Below are positions 9,682-18,109 of a stretch of 64,000 nt of DNA, one piece after another. How positions within the stretch are numbered: the stretch's first letter is position 1; every line of letters begins with the position of its first letter. This DNA is from Bacteroidales bacterium. GTDB lineage: Bacteria; Bacteroidota; Bacteroidia; Bacteroidales; UBA7960. The notes beneath the pieces are model-generated. The model saw nothing but the letters and a program-made list of their open reading frames with translations. It was not told the origin of the DNA and made no database searches. The stretch is taken from contig SKRM01000003.1 in NCBI GenBank assembly GCA_007118495.1, positions 12,334 to 76,333 on the forward strand, read 5' to 3'. Position numbers and translations under genes: made by a program.

Positions 9682-11304
9682 ATGGATAAAAACGGTTCTT
9701 CTTTTTTGGTCATCTTTATGCTATCGGCCATTTCATTCATGGCTGTCTCAGCAACTGCATCTGAAAAACATCATGCATACTGGGTTGTTTTTACTGACAA
9801 AGACCATGTTGTTTTTGATCCGTATGAGTATTTCGATCAGCGGGCCATTGACAGAAGGCTCAGGCATGGCATCTGTTTATACCAGGAATCAAATTTTCCG
9901 GTCAGGCAAGATTATATCGATTCAGTTTCTTTTTATGTGTATGAAGCTGATGTGGTTTCACGTTGGATGAATGCTGTTCACGTCTATAGCCGTCCGTCAA
10001 AAGTTCATCAAATTGCATCACTTGGCTTTGTTAAAGAAGTGATTCCGGCGTCAGTGAGGCTGATGCTGGCCTCAAGCCCAGGTCAATGGATACCGGGATT
10101 TCTCTTTGGAGATCCCGATACCACATTACTCAAAGCTCAGCTAAAACACATGGGTGTACAGAGATTTCATCAGCAAGGTTTCAATGGAGAGGGTGTTAGA
10201 ATTGCCCTGTTTGATGCGGGGTTCAGCGGTGTTGACAGCCATGAAGCATTTCAACACATCAGAGAGGAGGGAAGAATAAAGGCCACCTGGGATTTTCACC
10301 GTGAAAGAGAACATGTTTATGCATACAGCGTCCACGGAACCATGGTGTTGTCAGTGCTTGCAGGAAAGGCAGGTGATATTCCTATGGGAGCGGCAACAGG
10401 GGCAGATTTTCTGTTGGCCAGAACTGAAATTTTCAGGGAGCCCCTGGTTGAGGAGAAATACTGGCTTGCCGCTGTTGAATGGGCTGACCAACATGGCGCA
10501 GATATAATCAACTCTTCACTCGGTTATGTCTATCACCGGTATTTTCCCGAACAAATGGACGGTCAGACTTCATTGGTAGCCAGGGCTGCCAACATGGCTG
10601 CATCCAAAGGCATTCTGATCGTAAATGCTGCAGGCAATGAAGGAGCCAATGAACAGTGGAGGGTGGTTGTAACCCCCTCAGATGCTGATAGTGTGCTGAC
10701 AGTGGGTGCGCTTGATTACCCTTCTATGGTCAGGGCATCATATTCGTCGGTTGGCCCCACTGCCGATGGGCGCTTAAAGCCAAACGTGAGCGCCCTGGGA
10801 AAGGTATCTGCCGCGGGACGCAGAGGTTATTTGACTACCACCGGAACATCTTTCGCCAGTCCGCTGGTCGCCGGATTTGCCGCCTGCTTATGGCAAATGT
10901 ATCCCACCATGAGCAATATGGACATATTCCGCGCCATTGAAAGAAGTGCCCATCTTTTCCCTTATTTTGACTACGGGCATGGTTATGGTACGCCCCAGTC
11001 AACATTTTTTCTGCTTGACCATTCTATGCCTGCTGCCCCGACCCTTGATATCATTTCAGATACCGATCATGTAAGCATTGTTTTGCGTACTGATATTACC
11101 GCTGAGAATATTGAATATCAGGCCGATTTGACCGGAAACAACTATCTTTATTATCACATCAGTGATGCAGGGGGCCAGATACTGGCCTATTATGTCATCA
11201 AAATGGAAGATTCCAATGTGATCAGAAAAGAAAAAAGTATATTTGAAAAAGGCCAACAACTGCTGGTGCATTACAAGGGATATACAACAGCCATGCAATT
11301 TTAA
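9682..11304 (+). CDS. Secreted S8 (subtilisin-like) serine peptidase with I9-like propeptide
   Basis: Catalytic triad contexts IALFDAGF (Asp), HGTMVLSVLAG (His), GTSFASPLVAG (Ser). Signal-peptide-like SFLVIFMLSAISFMAVSATA. Start moved to ATG 9682; the ORF-track start 9649 overlaps the porQ end. Confidence 0.85.
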   Translation: MDKNGSSFLVIFMLSAISFMAVSATASEKHHAYWVVFTDKDHVVFDPYEYFDQRAIDRRLRHGICLYQESNFPVRQDYIDSVSFYVYEADVVSRWMNAVHVYSRPSKVHQIASLGFVKEVIPASVRLMLASSPGQWIPGFLFGDPDTTLLKAQLKHMGVQRFHQQGFNGEGVRIALFDAGFSGVDSHEAFQHIREEGRIKATWDFHREREHVYAYSVHGTMVLSVLAGKAGDIPMGAATGADFLLARTEIFREPLVEEKYWLAAVEWADQHGADIINSSLGYVYHRYFPEQMDGQTSLVARAANMAASKGILIVNAAGNEGANEQWRVVVTPSDADSVLTVGALDYPSMVRASYSSVGPTADGRLKPNVSALGKVSAAGRRGYLTTTGTSFASPLVAGFAACLWQMYPTMSNMDIFRAIERSAHLFPYFDYGHGYGTPQSTFFLLDHSMPAAPTLDIISDTDHVSIVLRTDITAENIEYQADLTGNNYLYYHISDAGGQILAYYVIKMEDSNVIRKEKSIFEKGQQLLVHYKGYTTAMQF

Positions 11305-11306
11305 CT

Positions 11307-12035
11307 ATGAAAACAATCAAATACATCATTACCCCACCCTTGGCATTATCCTTATTCATAACCTTAGTCTTACCTTCAATCTTATCTGCGCAGCAAGTAA
11401 TTATTGCTGAAGACCTTCGCGAGTCAGCTGTATCAAAAGATTTTGGCATGAATCGCAAACACTTCAGACATGCATATATTGGAGTTCACTTTTTGGCCGG
11501 ACAAGCAGAAGAATCAGGGGCTGATGTAAGATATGGCAAGTCATGGTCATTTGAATATGGAGTAAGGTATAAACGCAAGTTTTCAGAATTCTATTCGGTA
11601 GGTGGTGAACTTTTTACCCGCAGGCTCGCCATATGGCCTGAGCAAATTGAAGGAAAAATGATTCCCGGACCTGATATATATGATGATGAAAAACTTGTCT
11701 ATCTGCAGCTTGGCGGAGGATTATACCATAGAATAAATGTGGGTGAAAGAGGCAATTATATAGGCAGGTTTTTTGACACCGGTGCCTATGCAGCCTGGAA
11801 TTTTCACGTCAGGCATGTGTATTTCAAGGAACAGGATGACGCTTATCTCAGAGTGAGGCGAACGGGTATGTCTTTCCCGGCATTATTTGAGTACGGAGTG
11901 CTTGCACGACTTGGCTTTAATAACATTGTGCTAAAGGCAAGTTACAGGCTGTCTGATACTTTCAGGTCGTCGGCAGAGTTGCCTGACATACCACGCTTAC
12001 ATTTTGGTGTCGAAGTTGGTTTGCATTCTATGTAA
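11307..12035 (+). CDS. Hypothetical secreted, possibly outer-membrane beta-barrel protein
   Basis: 242 aa. Signal peptide ending LSAQQ. Alternating aromatic/hydrophilic strands (SWSFEYGVRY, GAYAAWNFHV, VLKASYRL). No recognisable catalytic motif. Confidence 0.45.
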   Translation: MKTIKYIITPPLALSLFITLVLPSILSAQQVIIAEDLRESAVSKDFGMNRKHFRHAYIGVHFLAGQAEESGADVRYGKSWSFEYGVRYKRKFSEFYSVGGELFTRRLAIWPEQIEGKMIPGPDIYDDEKLVYLQLGGGLYHRINVGERGNYIGRFFDTGAYAAWNFHVRHVYFKEQDDAYLRVRRTGMSFPALFEYGVLARLGFNNIVLKASYRLSDTFRSSAELPDIPRLHFGVEVGLHSM

Positions 12036-12057
12036 ACAGAAGAGACTGTCGGTTTTT

Positions 12058-12699
12058 TCATATTTTTTCAATCATCGTCAGACCATCTCTGATTGGAAGC
12101 AATACCTGGTTTAGTCCACTGTGCCCCCGCACGTATGTGTTGAATTGAATGAGGCCATTTGTTTCAGGGTCATTTTCAGTGTTTTCACCAAGCACTTTGC
12201 CACTCCAAAGTACATTATCGGCAAGGATAACACCTCCAGACCTTACCCTGGGCAAGATCAGATCAAGATAGTTGACGTAGTTCTCTTTGTCAGCATCAAT
12301 GTAGACCAGGTCAAACGTCTCTTTCAACAAGGGAATAATATCCAGAGCCTCTCCAATATGCAGTATAATTTTATCTTCCATACCTGCCTCACGAAAAAAA
12401 GTTCTGGAAAAATCTTCCAGCTCCTGATTGTGATCAATGGTGTGTATCAATCCTTTCTTTTTAAGACCTTCTGCGAGACACAATGCAGAATAGCCTGTGT
12501 AAGTGCCGATTTCAAGTACCCTGTCTGGCTTGATAATGCGACTGATAAAAGATAAAAACCGTCCCTGCAAATGGCCTGACAGCATTCTTGCCTTGAGAAT
12601 TTTAGCCTGGGTTTCGCGGCTGAGTCTACGCAGTATTTCAGGTTCAGGGCTTGAATATTCTGAAGCGTACTTTTCAATCAGTGGATTGGTAATGTCCAT
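12058..12699 (-). CDS. Class I SAM-dependent O-methyltransferase (caffeoyl-CoA OMT-like)
   Basis: 213 aa. VLEIGTYTGYSALCLA (SAM motif I), VYIDADKENY, GGVILADNVLW. Confidence 0.85.
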   Translation of the reverse strand: MDITNPLIEKYASEYSSPEPEILRRLSRETQAKILKARMLSGHLQGRFLSFISRIIKPDRVLEIGTYTGYSALCLAEGLKKKGLIHTIDHNQELEDFSRTFFREAGMEDKIILHIGEALDIIPLLKETFDLVYIDADKENYVNYLDLILPRVRSGGVILADNVLWSGKVLGENTENDPETNGLIQFNTYVRGHSGLNQVLLPIRDGLTMIEKI

Positions 12700-12710
12700 C
12701 TGTTTAATAA

Positions 12711-13934
12711 TTAAGGTTTAAACACCAGCATGCTCATGGCTCGTGGATCCATGATTTCGTTGGCCACCTCCAACAGATCGTCTGCAGTGACCAGGTCTAT
12801 TTTTCGGTTTATTTCGTCCATGCTGTCAACGTCATCAAAATGTGCCACGCTTTTACCAATCGACAGCATTTCATTTACGTTTGATTCAAAAGAAATAGCC
12901 ACCTGACCGGTTAACTGCTTTTTAGCCCGATGAAGTTGCAGGGTGCCAAGCCTGACACCCCTGAGCCTGTCAAGCTCTTTATGGATTAAATAAAGGGTTT
13001 TGTCAACATAGGCCGGATCAGTTCCAAAATAAATATTGAAGATGCCAGTGTCAGAAAATGCCTGGTAGGTGCTCTCTATATTATAGCAGAAGCCATGTTT
13101 TTCTCTAACCGATAAGTTCAATCTTGAGTTGAGTCCGGGGCCTCCAAGTATATTGTTCAAAAGCATTAATGGCGTTTTCTTTTCGTCGGCCAAACTATAG
13201 GCCTGGTTGCCGATCATACAATGCGCCTGGTGGTTTTTTCTGTGAACCCATTTTTGCTGCGGTATGTATGCAGCAACAGGTTTACGCACTTTATTGCCCT
13301 GTTTTGCCGGTAGCTCACCGAAATACTTTTCAGCATAACCAATCAATTTCTCAAGTTTAATATCACCCACAGAACATATGACCATCTGATCGGTCATATA
13401 ATGCTTGTCCATGAAGTTATACACCGACTGCCTTGAGAATGATTTAAGGTGTCCTGGTGTACCCAGGATGTTTAATCCCAGTGGATGTTCGCTGAATATG
13501 ATTTCATCAAAATCATCATAAATCTGGTCAGCCGGACTATCCTTGTACGAATTGATTTCATCAAGTATGATGTCTTTTTCCTTTTCAAGTTCTTTTGCCG
13601 GGAAAGACGATCTGAAGGTGATGTCTGAGGCCAGGTCAAACCATCTTTTGTAATACGATGTCATAAAAGAACCATAGATACAGGTTTCTTCTTTGGTGGT
13701 GAAAGCGTTAATTTCACCACCCACATTTTCCATATGGCTAAGCACATGGTAGGCTTTGCGCCTGGTGGTGCCTTTGAATATTACATGTTCAATGAAATGG
13801 GCCATCCCGTGCTCATGGGGTTGTTCATCCCTTGAGCCTGTGTTAATGACCAGCCCGCAATGGGCAACAGGAGAATTTGAACGGCGGTGAATCAAACGCA
13901 CCCCGTTTGAAAGTTTATGTCGCTGGTAACTCAT
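12711..13934 (-). CDS. M16 (pitrilysin/insulinase) family zinc peptidase
   Basis: 407 aa. Inverted zinc motif HFIEH (GMAHFIEHVIFKGT) with downstream ENVGGEINAFT. Confidence 0.88.
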   Translation of the reverse strand: MSYQRHKLSNGVRLIHRRSNSPVAHCGLVINTGSRDEQPHEHGMAHFIEHVIFKGTTRRKAYHVLSHMENVGGEINAFTTKEETCIYGSFMTSYYKRWFDLASDITFRSSFPAKELEKEKDIILDEINSYKDSPADQIYDDFDEIIFSEHPLGLNILGTPGHLKSFSRQSVYNFMDKHYMTDQMVICSVGDIKLEKLIGYAEKYFGELPAKQGNKVRKPVAAYIPQQKWVHRKNHQAHCMIGNQAYSLADEKKTPLMLLNNILGGPGLNSRLNLSVREKHGFCYNIESTYQAFSDTGIFNIYFGTDPAYVDKTLYLIHKELDRLRGVRLGTLQLHRAKKQLTGQVAISFESNVNEMLSIGKSVAHFDDVDSMDEINRKIDLVTADDLLEVANEIMDPRAMSMLVFKP

Positions 13935-14497
13935 CTTTTTCGCAGGGGAAACTTCATGGGGTAATCGGTTGAAACGAGCCCTTTTGAAATATTTCCCAGT
14001 TTTTTTCTAAGCAGGGTTTTCTTCAGGGGAGAGATACGGTCAACCATCAATATACCTTCAATGTGGTCGTATTCATGCTGGATAATTCGGGCAGTTAATC
14101 CGGAGTATTCATCTTCATGCTCCTGAAAATTCTCATCCATGTACTTAATACGTATTCTCGACTGACGCCGGATATCTTCCCTTAACTCCGGAAAACTCAG
14201 GCATCCTTCATTAAACAGCCAGAGATCGCCCAATTCTTCAAGTATAACGGCATTGATAAAAACTTTTTTAAACCCATCCAATTCGGGCTCTTCTTCGGCA
14301 AACGGAGTGGCATCAATCACAAATAACCTGATGCTTTTCCCCACCTGGGGAGCTGCCAGGCCAACACCGCTGGCCTTATACATGGTTTCCCACATATCTT
14401 CAATAAGTTGTCCAAGGCCAGGATAGTCCTGGTCAATGGGCTGCGCCTTTTCTTTGAGAACCGGGTCTCCATATGCCACTATGGGTATTACGCTCAT
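13931..14497 (-). CDS. def: Peptide deformylase
   Basis: 188 aa. GVGLAAPQVG, EGCLSFP, QHEYDHIEG. ATGA overlaps with both neighbours. Confidence 0.95.
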   Translation of the reverse strand: MSVIPIVAYGDPVLKEKAQPIDQDYPGLGQLIEDMWETMYKASGVGLAAPQVGKSIRLFVIDATPFAEEEPELDGFKKVFINAVILEELGDLWLFNEGCLSFPELREDIRRQSRIRIKYMDENFQEHEDEYSGLTARIIQHEYDHIEGILMVDRISPLKKTLLRKKLGNISKGLVSTDYPMKFPLRKR

Positions 14498-14922
14498 TGA
14501 TTTCGCTGATTTGATTTTCTTTCAAGATAGTGTTGCAGAATGAGCGTGGCACTTATGGTATCAACCAACGCCTTGTTTTGGCGCGCTTTTTTTCGCAAAC
14601 CGGCGTCTATCATAGTTTGCTTTGCCATACTTGAAGTGAAACGTTCATCTATCCTCTCAACAGGCATAGAGGGAAATTGTTTGCGAAGATGACGAACAAA
14701 CGGATCAATATAGCGTGCGGCATCAGAAGCCCTGTTTTGCATATCAAATGGTTCGCCCACCACTATACAGTCAACTTCTTCGCTGGCGATATACTCTTTG
14801 AGAAAAGAGATGATCTCACTTGAGTGCACAGTTTTCAAACCACCTGCAATCATTTGAAGCTCATCGGTTACAGCGATGCCAACTCTTTTCCTGCCATAAT
14901 CAATGGCCAGTATTCTTCCCAT
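14494..14922 (-). CDS. ruvX: Holliday junction resolvase-like / pre-16S rRNA nuclease RuvX (YqgF)
   Basis: MGRILAIDYGRKRVGIAVTD is the classic YqgF N-terminus. The ORF track extends to 15243, but that extension is low-complexity and runs across the dapD start. Start set at ATG 14922, 15 nt downstream of a -7 box. Confidence 0.85.
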   Translation of the reverse strand: MGRILAIDYGRKRVGIAVTDELQMIAGGLKTVHSSEIISFLKEYIASEEVDCIVVGEPFDMQNRASDAARYIDPFVRHLRKQFPSMPVERIDERFTSSMAKQTMIDAGLRKKARQNKALVDTISATLILQHYLERKSNQRNQ

Positions 14923-14936
14923 CTGCTGATTTTTTG

Positions 14937-14944
14937 CAAAGATA
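14937..14944 (-). promoter_or_regulatory. Candidate -7 box (TATCTTTG on the minus strand) for ruvX-def-M16
   Basis: The plus strand reads CAAAGATA. Exact TAnnTTTG 15 nt upstream of the ruvX ATG. Confidence 0.35.
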
Positions 14945-14988
14945 CAACATTGCACCAGATAATTAATCTCATATTGCCTGACAAATCT

Positions 14989-14996
14989 TACTTTTG
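14989..14996 (+). promoter_or_regulatory. Candidate -7 box (TACTTTTG) for dapD
   Basis: Exact TAnnTTTG 30 nt upstream of dapD ATG 15026. It is divergent from the ruvX box 45 nt away. Confidence 0.35.
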
Positions 14997-15025
14997 CATA
15001 AAGGACAATTTTAAAATACGTAAAG

Positions 15026-15847
15026 ATGCAGATTGATTTATTAAAGCAGACCATTGAAGAAGCATGGGATGACAGAAGCAGGCTTGATGATGCCAGGGTT
15101 AGGGAATCTGTCGAACAGGTAATCGGTTTGCTTGATACTGGCAAACTCAGGGTAGCTGAACAAATTGTGGGAAATTGGATAGTTAATGACTGGATAAAAA
15201 AAGCCGTTATACTGTATTTTCCCCTCAGGCAAATGCAGACCATTGAGGCCGGACCTTTTGAGTTTCATGACAAAATACCCTTGAAAAAGGGATACAAACA
15301 ACTGCAGGTCAGGGTTGTACCTCACGCCATTGCCCGTTATGGCTCTTTTTTGGCCCCGGGCGTAATCTTGATGCCCTCTTATGTTAATATCGGTGCCTGG
15401 GTCGATGAAGGTACCATGGTGGATACATGGGCTACGGTAGGCAGTTGTGCACAGATTGGTAAACATGTGCACCTGAGTGGGGGTGTGGGTATTGGTGGTG
15501 TTTTAGAGCCCGTACAGGCTGCCCCTGTCATTATTGAAGACCATTGCTTTATTGGATCAAGGTGTATCGTGGTTGAGGGTGTGCGTATTGAGAGTGAGGC
15601 TGTGTTGGGTGCCAATGTGGTGTTGACAGGTTCTACCCGGATTATTGATGTTAGTGGTCCTGAGCCCATTGAATACACAGGCCGGGTGCCGGCTCGTTCG
15701 GTGGTGATTCCGGGAACATTGCCCAAAACGTTTAATGCCGGAACCTACCATGTGCCTTGTGCTTTGATTATAGGTAAAAGAAAAGAAAGCACTGACCGAA
15801 AAACCAGTCTCAATGAAGCACTTCGCGAACATCAGGTTGCTGTTTAG
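15026..15847 (+). CDS. dapD: 2,3,4,5-tetrahydropyridine-2,6-dicarboxylate N-succinyltransferase
   Basis: 273 aa, collinear with E. coli DapD as I recall it. MPSYVNIGAWVDEGTMVDTWATVGSCAQIGKHVHLSGGVGIGGVLEP is nearly identical. Confidence 0.95.
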   Translation: MQIDLLKQTIEEAWDDRSRLDDARVRESVEQVIGLLDTGKLRVAEQIVGNWIVNDWIKKAVILYFPLRQMQTIEAGPFEFHDKIPLKKGYKQLQVRVVPHAIARYGSFLAPGVILMPSYVNIGAWVDEGTMVDTWATVGSCAQIGKHVHLSGGVGIGGVLEPVQAAPVIIEDHCFIGSRCIVVEGVRIESEAVLGANVVLTGSTRIIDVSGPEPIEYTGRVPARSVVIPGTLPKTFNAGTYHVPCALIIGKRKESTDRKTSLNEALREHQVAV

Positions 15848-15884
15848 TGTCTCTTGCAGATATTGATTGTCAAAATAAAACGCC

Positions 15885-17462
15885 ATGCCCTCTATTTCAG
15901 CTGTCATTATTTCATATAATGAAGAAAGGCACATCGAAAGATGTATAAAATCACTTCTGGTGATCGCTGATGAGGTGGTGGTTCTTGACTCTTATTCGAC
16001 AGACAGAACTCCTGAAATATGCAAAGAACTCGGAGTGACCTTTCACCAGCAGGCATTTGCCGGCTATATTGAGCAAAAGAACCATGCGATGCGTCTTGCC
16101 TCGCATGATATTATTCTTTCACTGGATGCTGATGAGGTATTGTCTGAGAGGTTGACCCAGTCAATCAGAGAGGTTAAGGACAATTGGACTCATGATGGTT
16201 ATCGTTTTAACCGCTTAAATAACTTTTGTGGGCAATGGATGCGATATACCAACTATTATCCCGACAGAAAGCTGCGCTTGTTCAACCGCAGAAAGGCCAG
16301 GTGGGGTGGGGTAAACCCCCACGATATGATTCTGATGGACAAGGGGAGTCGGGTGGGCCATCTAAAGGGTGATTTGCTTCATTGGATGTGTGAAAGCCTG
16401 CATGAACATTTACAGACCATTGACCGTTTTAGTGCAATTGCAGCCAGTGAGGCTTTTAAAAAAGGAGTCAGGGCATCGGCATGGAAGGTCTTCTATAAGC
16501 CAATTTGGCGATTCATACAATACTACCTCATAAAAAGAGGTTTTCTTGATGGTTATATGGGGCTGGTGGTTAGCAGACATGCGTCATTCCTCTGCTTTCA
16601 GAAGTATGCAAGATTAAGGGAGTTACAAAAAAAAAACCACCCGAAAGTGGCGGTTATTATTTCAACATACAATGAAGCTGCAGCGCTTGAAAAAGCACTT
16701 GATGCATGGTTAATGCAAACCCATTATCACTTTGAATTACTTGTGGCAGATGATGGCTCACAACAAGATACGGCCCGGGTGATTGAAAAACATGACCTGA
16801 ACAAACGCATGCCAATTAAACACATTTGGCATGAAGACGCTGGTTTCAGAAAATGTACCATTTTAAACAAAGCCATCATGGCGACCAATGCTGATTACCT
16901 TATATTCAGTGATGGAGATTGTATCCCGAGAAACGATTTTGTTGAAAACCACCTGAAATACGCTGAAAGGGGGCGTTTCTTGAGTGGCGGGTATGTTAAA
17001 CTTAATGAAAAGGTTTCAGAAAATGTAAAATGTGATCAGGTTGTGACACAAAGCTTGTTTTCAATGAAACAGTTGCTGAGAAACGGACAAGACAAAAGCA
17101 TCGGTTTGCTTAAACTGACCTCAAGCAACTGGCTTGCGTTATTGTTGAACTGGTTTACGCCAACACGGGCAACCTGGAATGGGCATAATTCAAGTGGTTG
17201 GAAGTCAGACATAGTGGCAGTGAACGGATTCAATGAGGACATGGAATATGGCGGTCTTGACAGAGAATTGGGAGAACGGCTCAAAAATGCAGGAGTTCGC
17301 GGAAAGCAAGTCAGGTATAGAGCCATTTGCTTACACCTGAACCACTCCCGTCCGTATAGGGACGCACGAAAAATGCAACAGAACCTTGAACAAAGAAAAA
17401 AGGTAAAAAAAGAAAAAATCACCTGGACTGAAAACGGAATTTATAAGGGCCGGACAGTTTAG
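15885..17462 (+). CDS. Bifunctional family-2 glycosyltransferase (two GT2 domains fused)
   Basis: 525 aa. Domain 1: SAVIISYNEERHI..LDSYSTDRT..LDADE. Domain 2: VAVIISTYNEAAAL..VADDGSQQDT..FSDGDCIP. Each has its own DxD. Confidence 0.8.
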   Translation: MPSISAVIISYNEERHIERCIKSLLVIADEVVVLDSYSTDRTPEICKELGVTFHQQAFAGYIEQKNHAMRLASHDIILSLDADEVLSERLTQSIREVKDNWTHDGYRFNRLNNFCGQWMRYTNYYPDRKLRLFNRRKARWGGVNPHDMILMDKGSRVGHLKGDLLHWMCESLHEHLQTIDRFSAIAASEAFKKGVRASAWKVFYKPIWRFIQYYLIKRGFLDGYMGLVVSRHASFLCFQKYARLRELQKKNHPKVAVIISTYNEAAALEKALDAWLMQTHYHFELLVADDGSQQDTARVIEKHDLNKRMPIKHIWHEDAGFRKCTILNKAIMATNADYLIFSDGDCIPRNDFVENHLKYAERGRFLSGGYVKLNEKVSENVKCDQVVTQSLFSMKQLLRNGQDKSIGLLKLTSSNWLALLLNWFTPTRATWNGHNSSGWKSDIVAVNGFNEDMEYGGLDRELGERLKNAGVRGKQVRYRAICLHLNHSRPYRDARKMQQNLEQRKKVKKEKITWTENGIYKGRTV

Positions 17463-17468
17463 TTGGTG

Positions 17469-17476
17469 TAATTTTG
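17469..17476 (+). promoter_or_regulatory. Candidate -7 box (TAATTTTG) for tsaC
   Basis: Exact TAnnTTTG 51 nt upstream of ATG 17527, just after the GT2 stop. Confidence 0.35.
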
Positions 17477-17526
17477 GCATAACAATTGGTTTTTTATTAC
17501 AAACAAAAATAGTTTCAAATAAGCTT

Positions 17527-18096
17527 ATGTCAGGAAAATATGATTTAGAAAGGGTCCTTGAAATACTGAATGAAGGCGGGACCATTTTATACCCCACCGA
17601 TACAATCTGGGGCATAGGTTGCGATGCGACCAATTCAAAGGCAGTTGCCAGCATATATAATATCAAGGAGAGGGTGGCTGAGAAATCAATGATTATCCTG
17701 GTCCGTGATTTAGATATGCTGAAAGACTATGTACCTGACCCACCTGAAATTGCACTTGAACTGATAGCCAGTGTCAGTGATCCATTAACCATTATATACC
17801 CTAAAGCTGTCAATCTTCCGCAAAATATTTTGGCTGCCGACGGATCTGTCGCAATCCGTATCCCCAACCACGATTTTTGTCAGGCATTGCTGACTGCTTT
17901 CAGAAAGCCCATATCTTCTACATCAGCAAATATGAGTGGTTCACCCAACCCCTATTCATACAGAGGTGTTGAAAAACAGATCAAATTAGCCGTTGATTAC
18001 ATCGCACCTTTTGAGCAGGAGAAGGCAAGCAGGCCAAAACCCTCGACCATCATCAAAATTGACAAAAAGGGTGATATGCATATTATCAGAAACTAG
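17527..18096 (+). CDS. tsaC: L-threonylcarbamoyladenylate synthase (YrdC/TsaC type)
   Basis: 189 aa. GGTILYPTDTIWGIGCDA and SSTSANMSG, typical of the YrdC domain. Confidence 0.88.
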   Translation: MSGKYDLERVLEILNEGGTILYPTDTIWGIGCDATNSKAVASIYNIKERVAEKSMIILVRDLDMLKDYVPDPPEIALELIASVSDPLTIIYPKAVNLPQNILAADGSVAIRIPNHDFCQALLTAFRKPISSTSANMSGSPNPYSYRGVEKQIKLAVDYIAPFEQEKASRPKPSTIIKIDKKGDMHIIRN

Positions 18097-18109
18097 ACCA
18101 GCTGTTAAA

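Noticed and set aside
14923-15243. The 107-codon N-terminal extension of the ruvX ORF given by the ORF track (14494..15243).
   Set aside because: The extension is Ser/Thr/Cys/Leu-rich low-complexity sequence. It runs through the divergent promoter region and over the dapD start codon. The canonical YqgF N-terminus MGRILAIDYG begins at 14922, just downstream of a -7 box.
17993-18109. The upstream part of the CCA-enzyme ORF that overlaps the last 104 nt of tsaC.
   Set aside because: The overlapping segment is basic and low-complexity, with no similarity to nucleotidyltransferase N-termini. An in-frame GTG at 18110 lies immediately after the tsaC stop.
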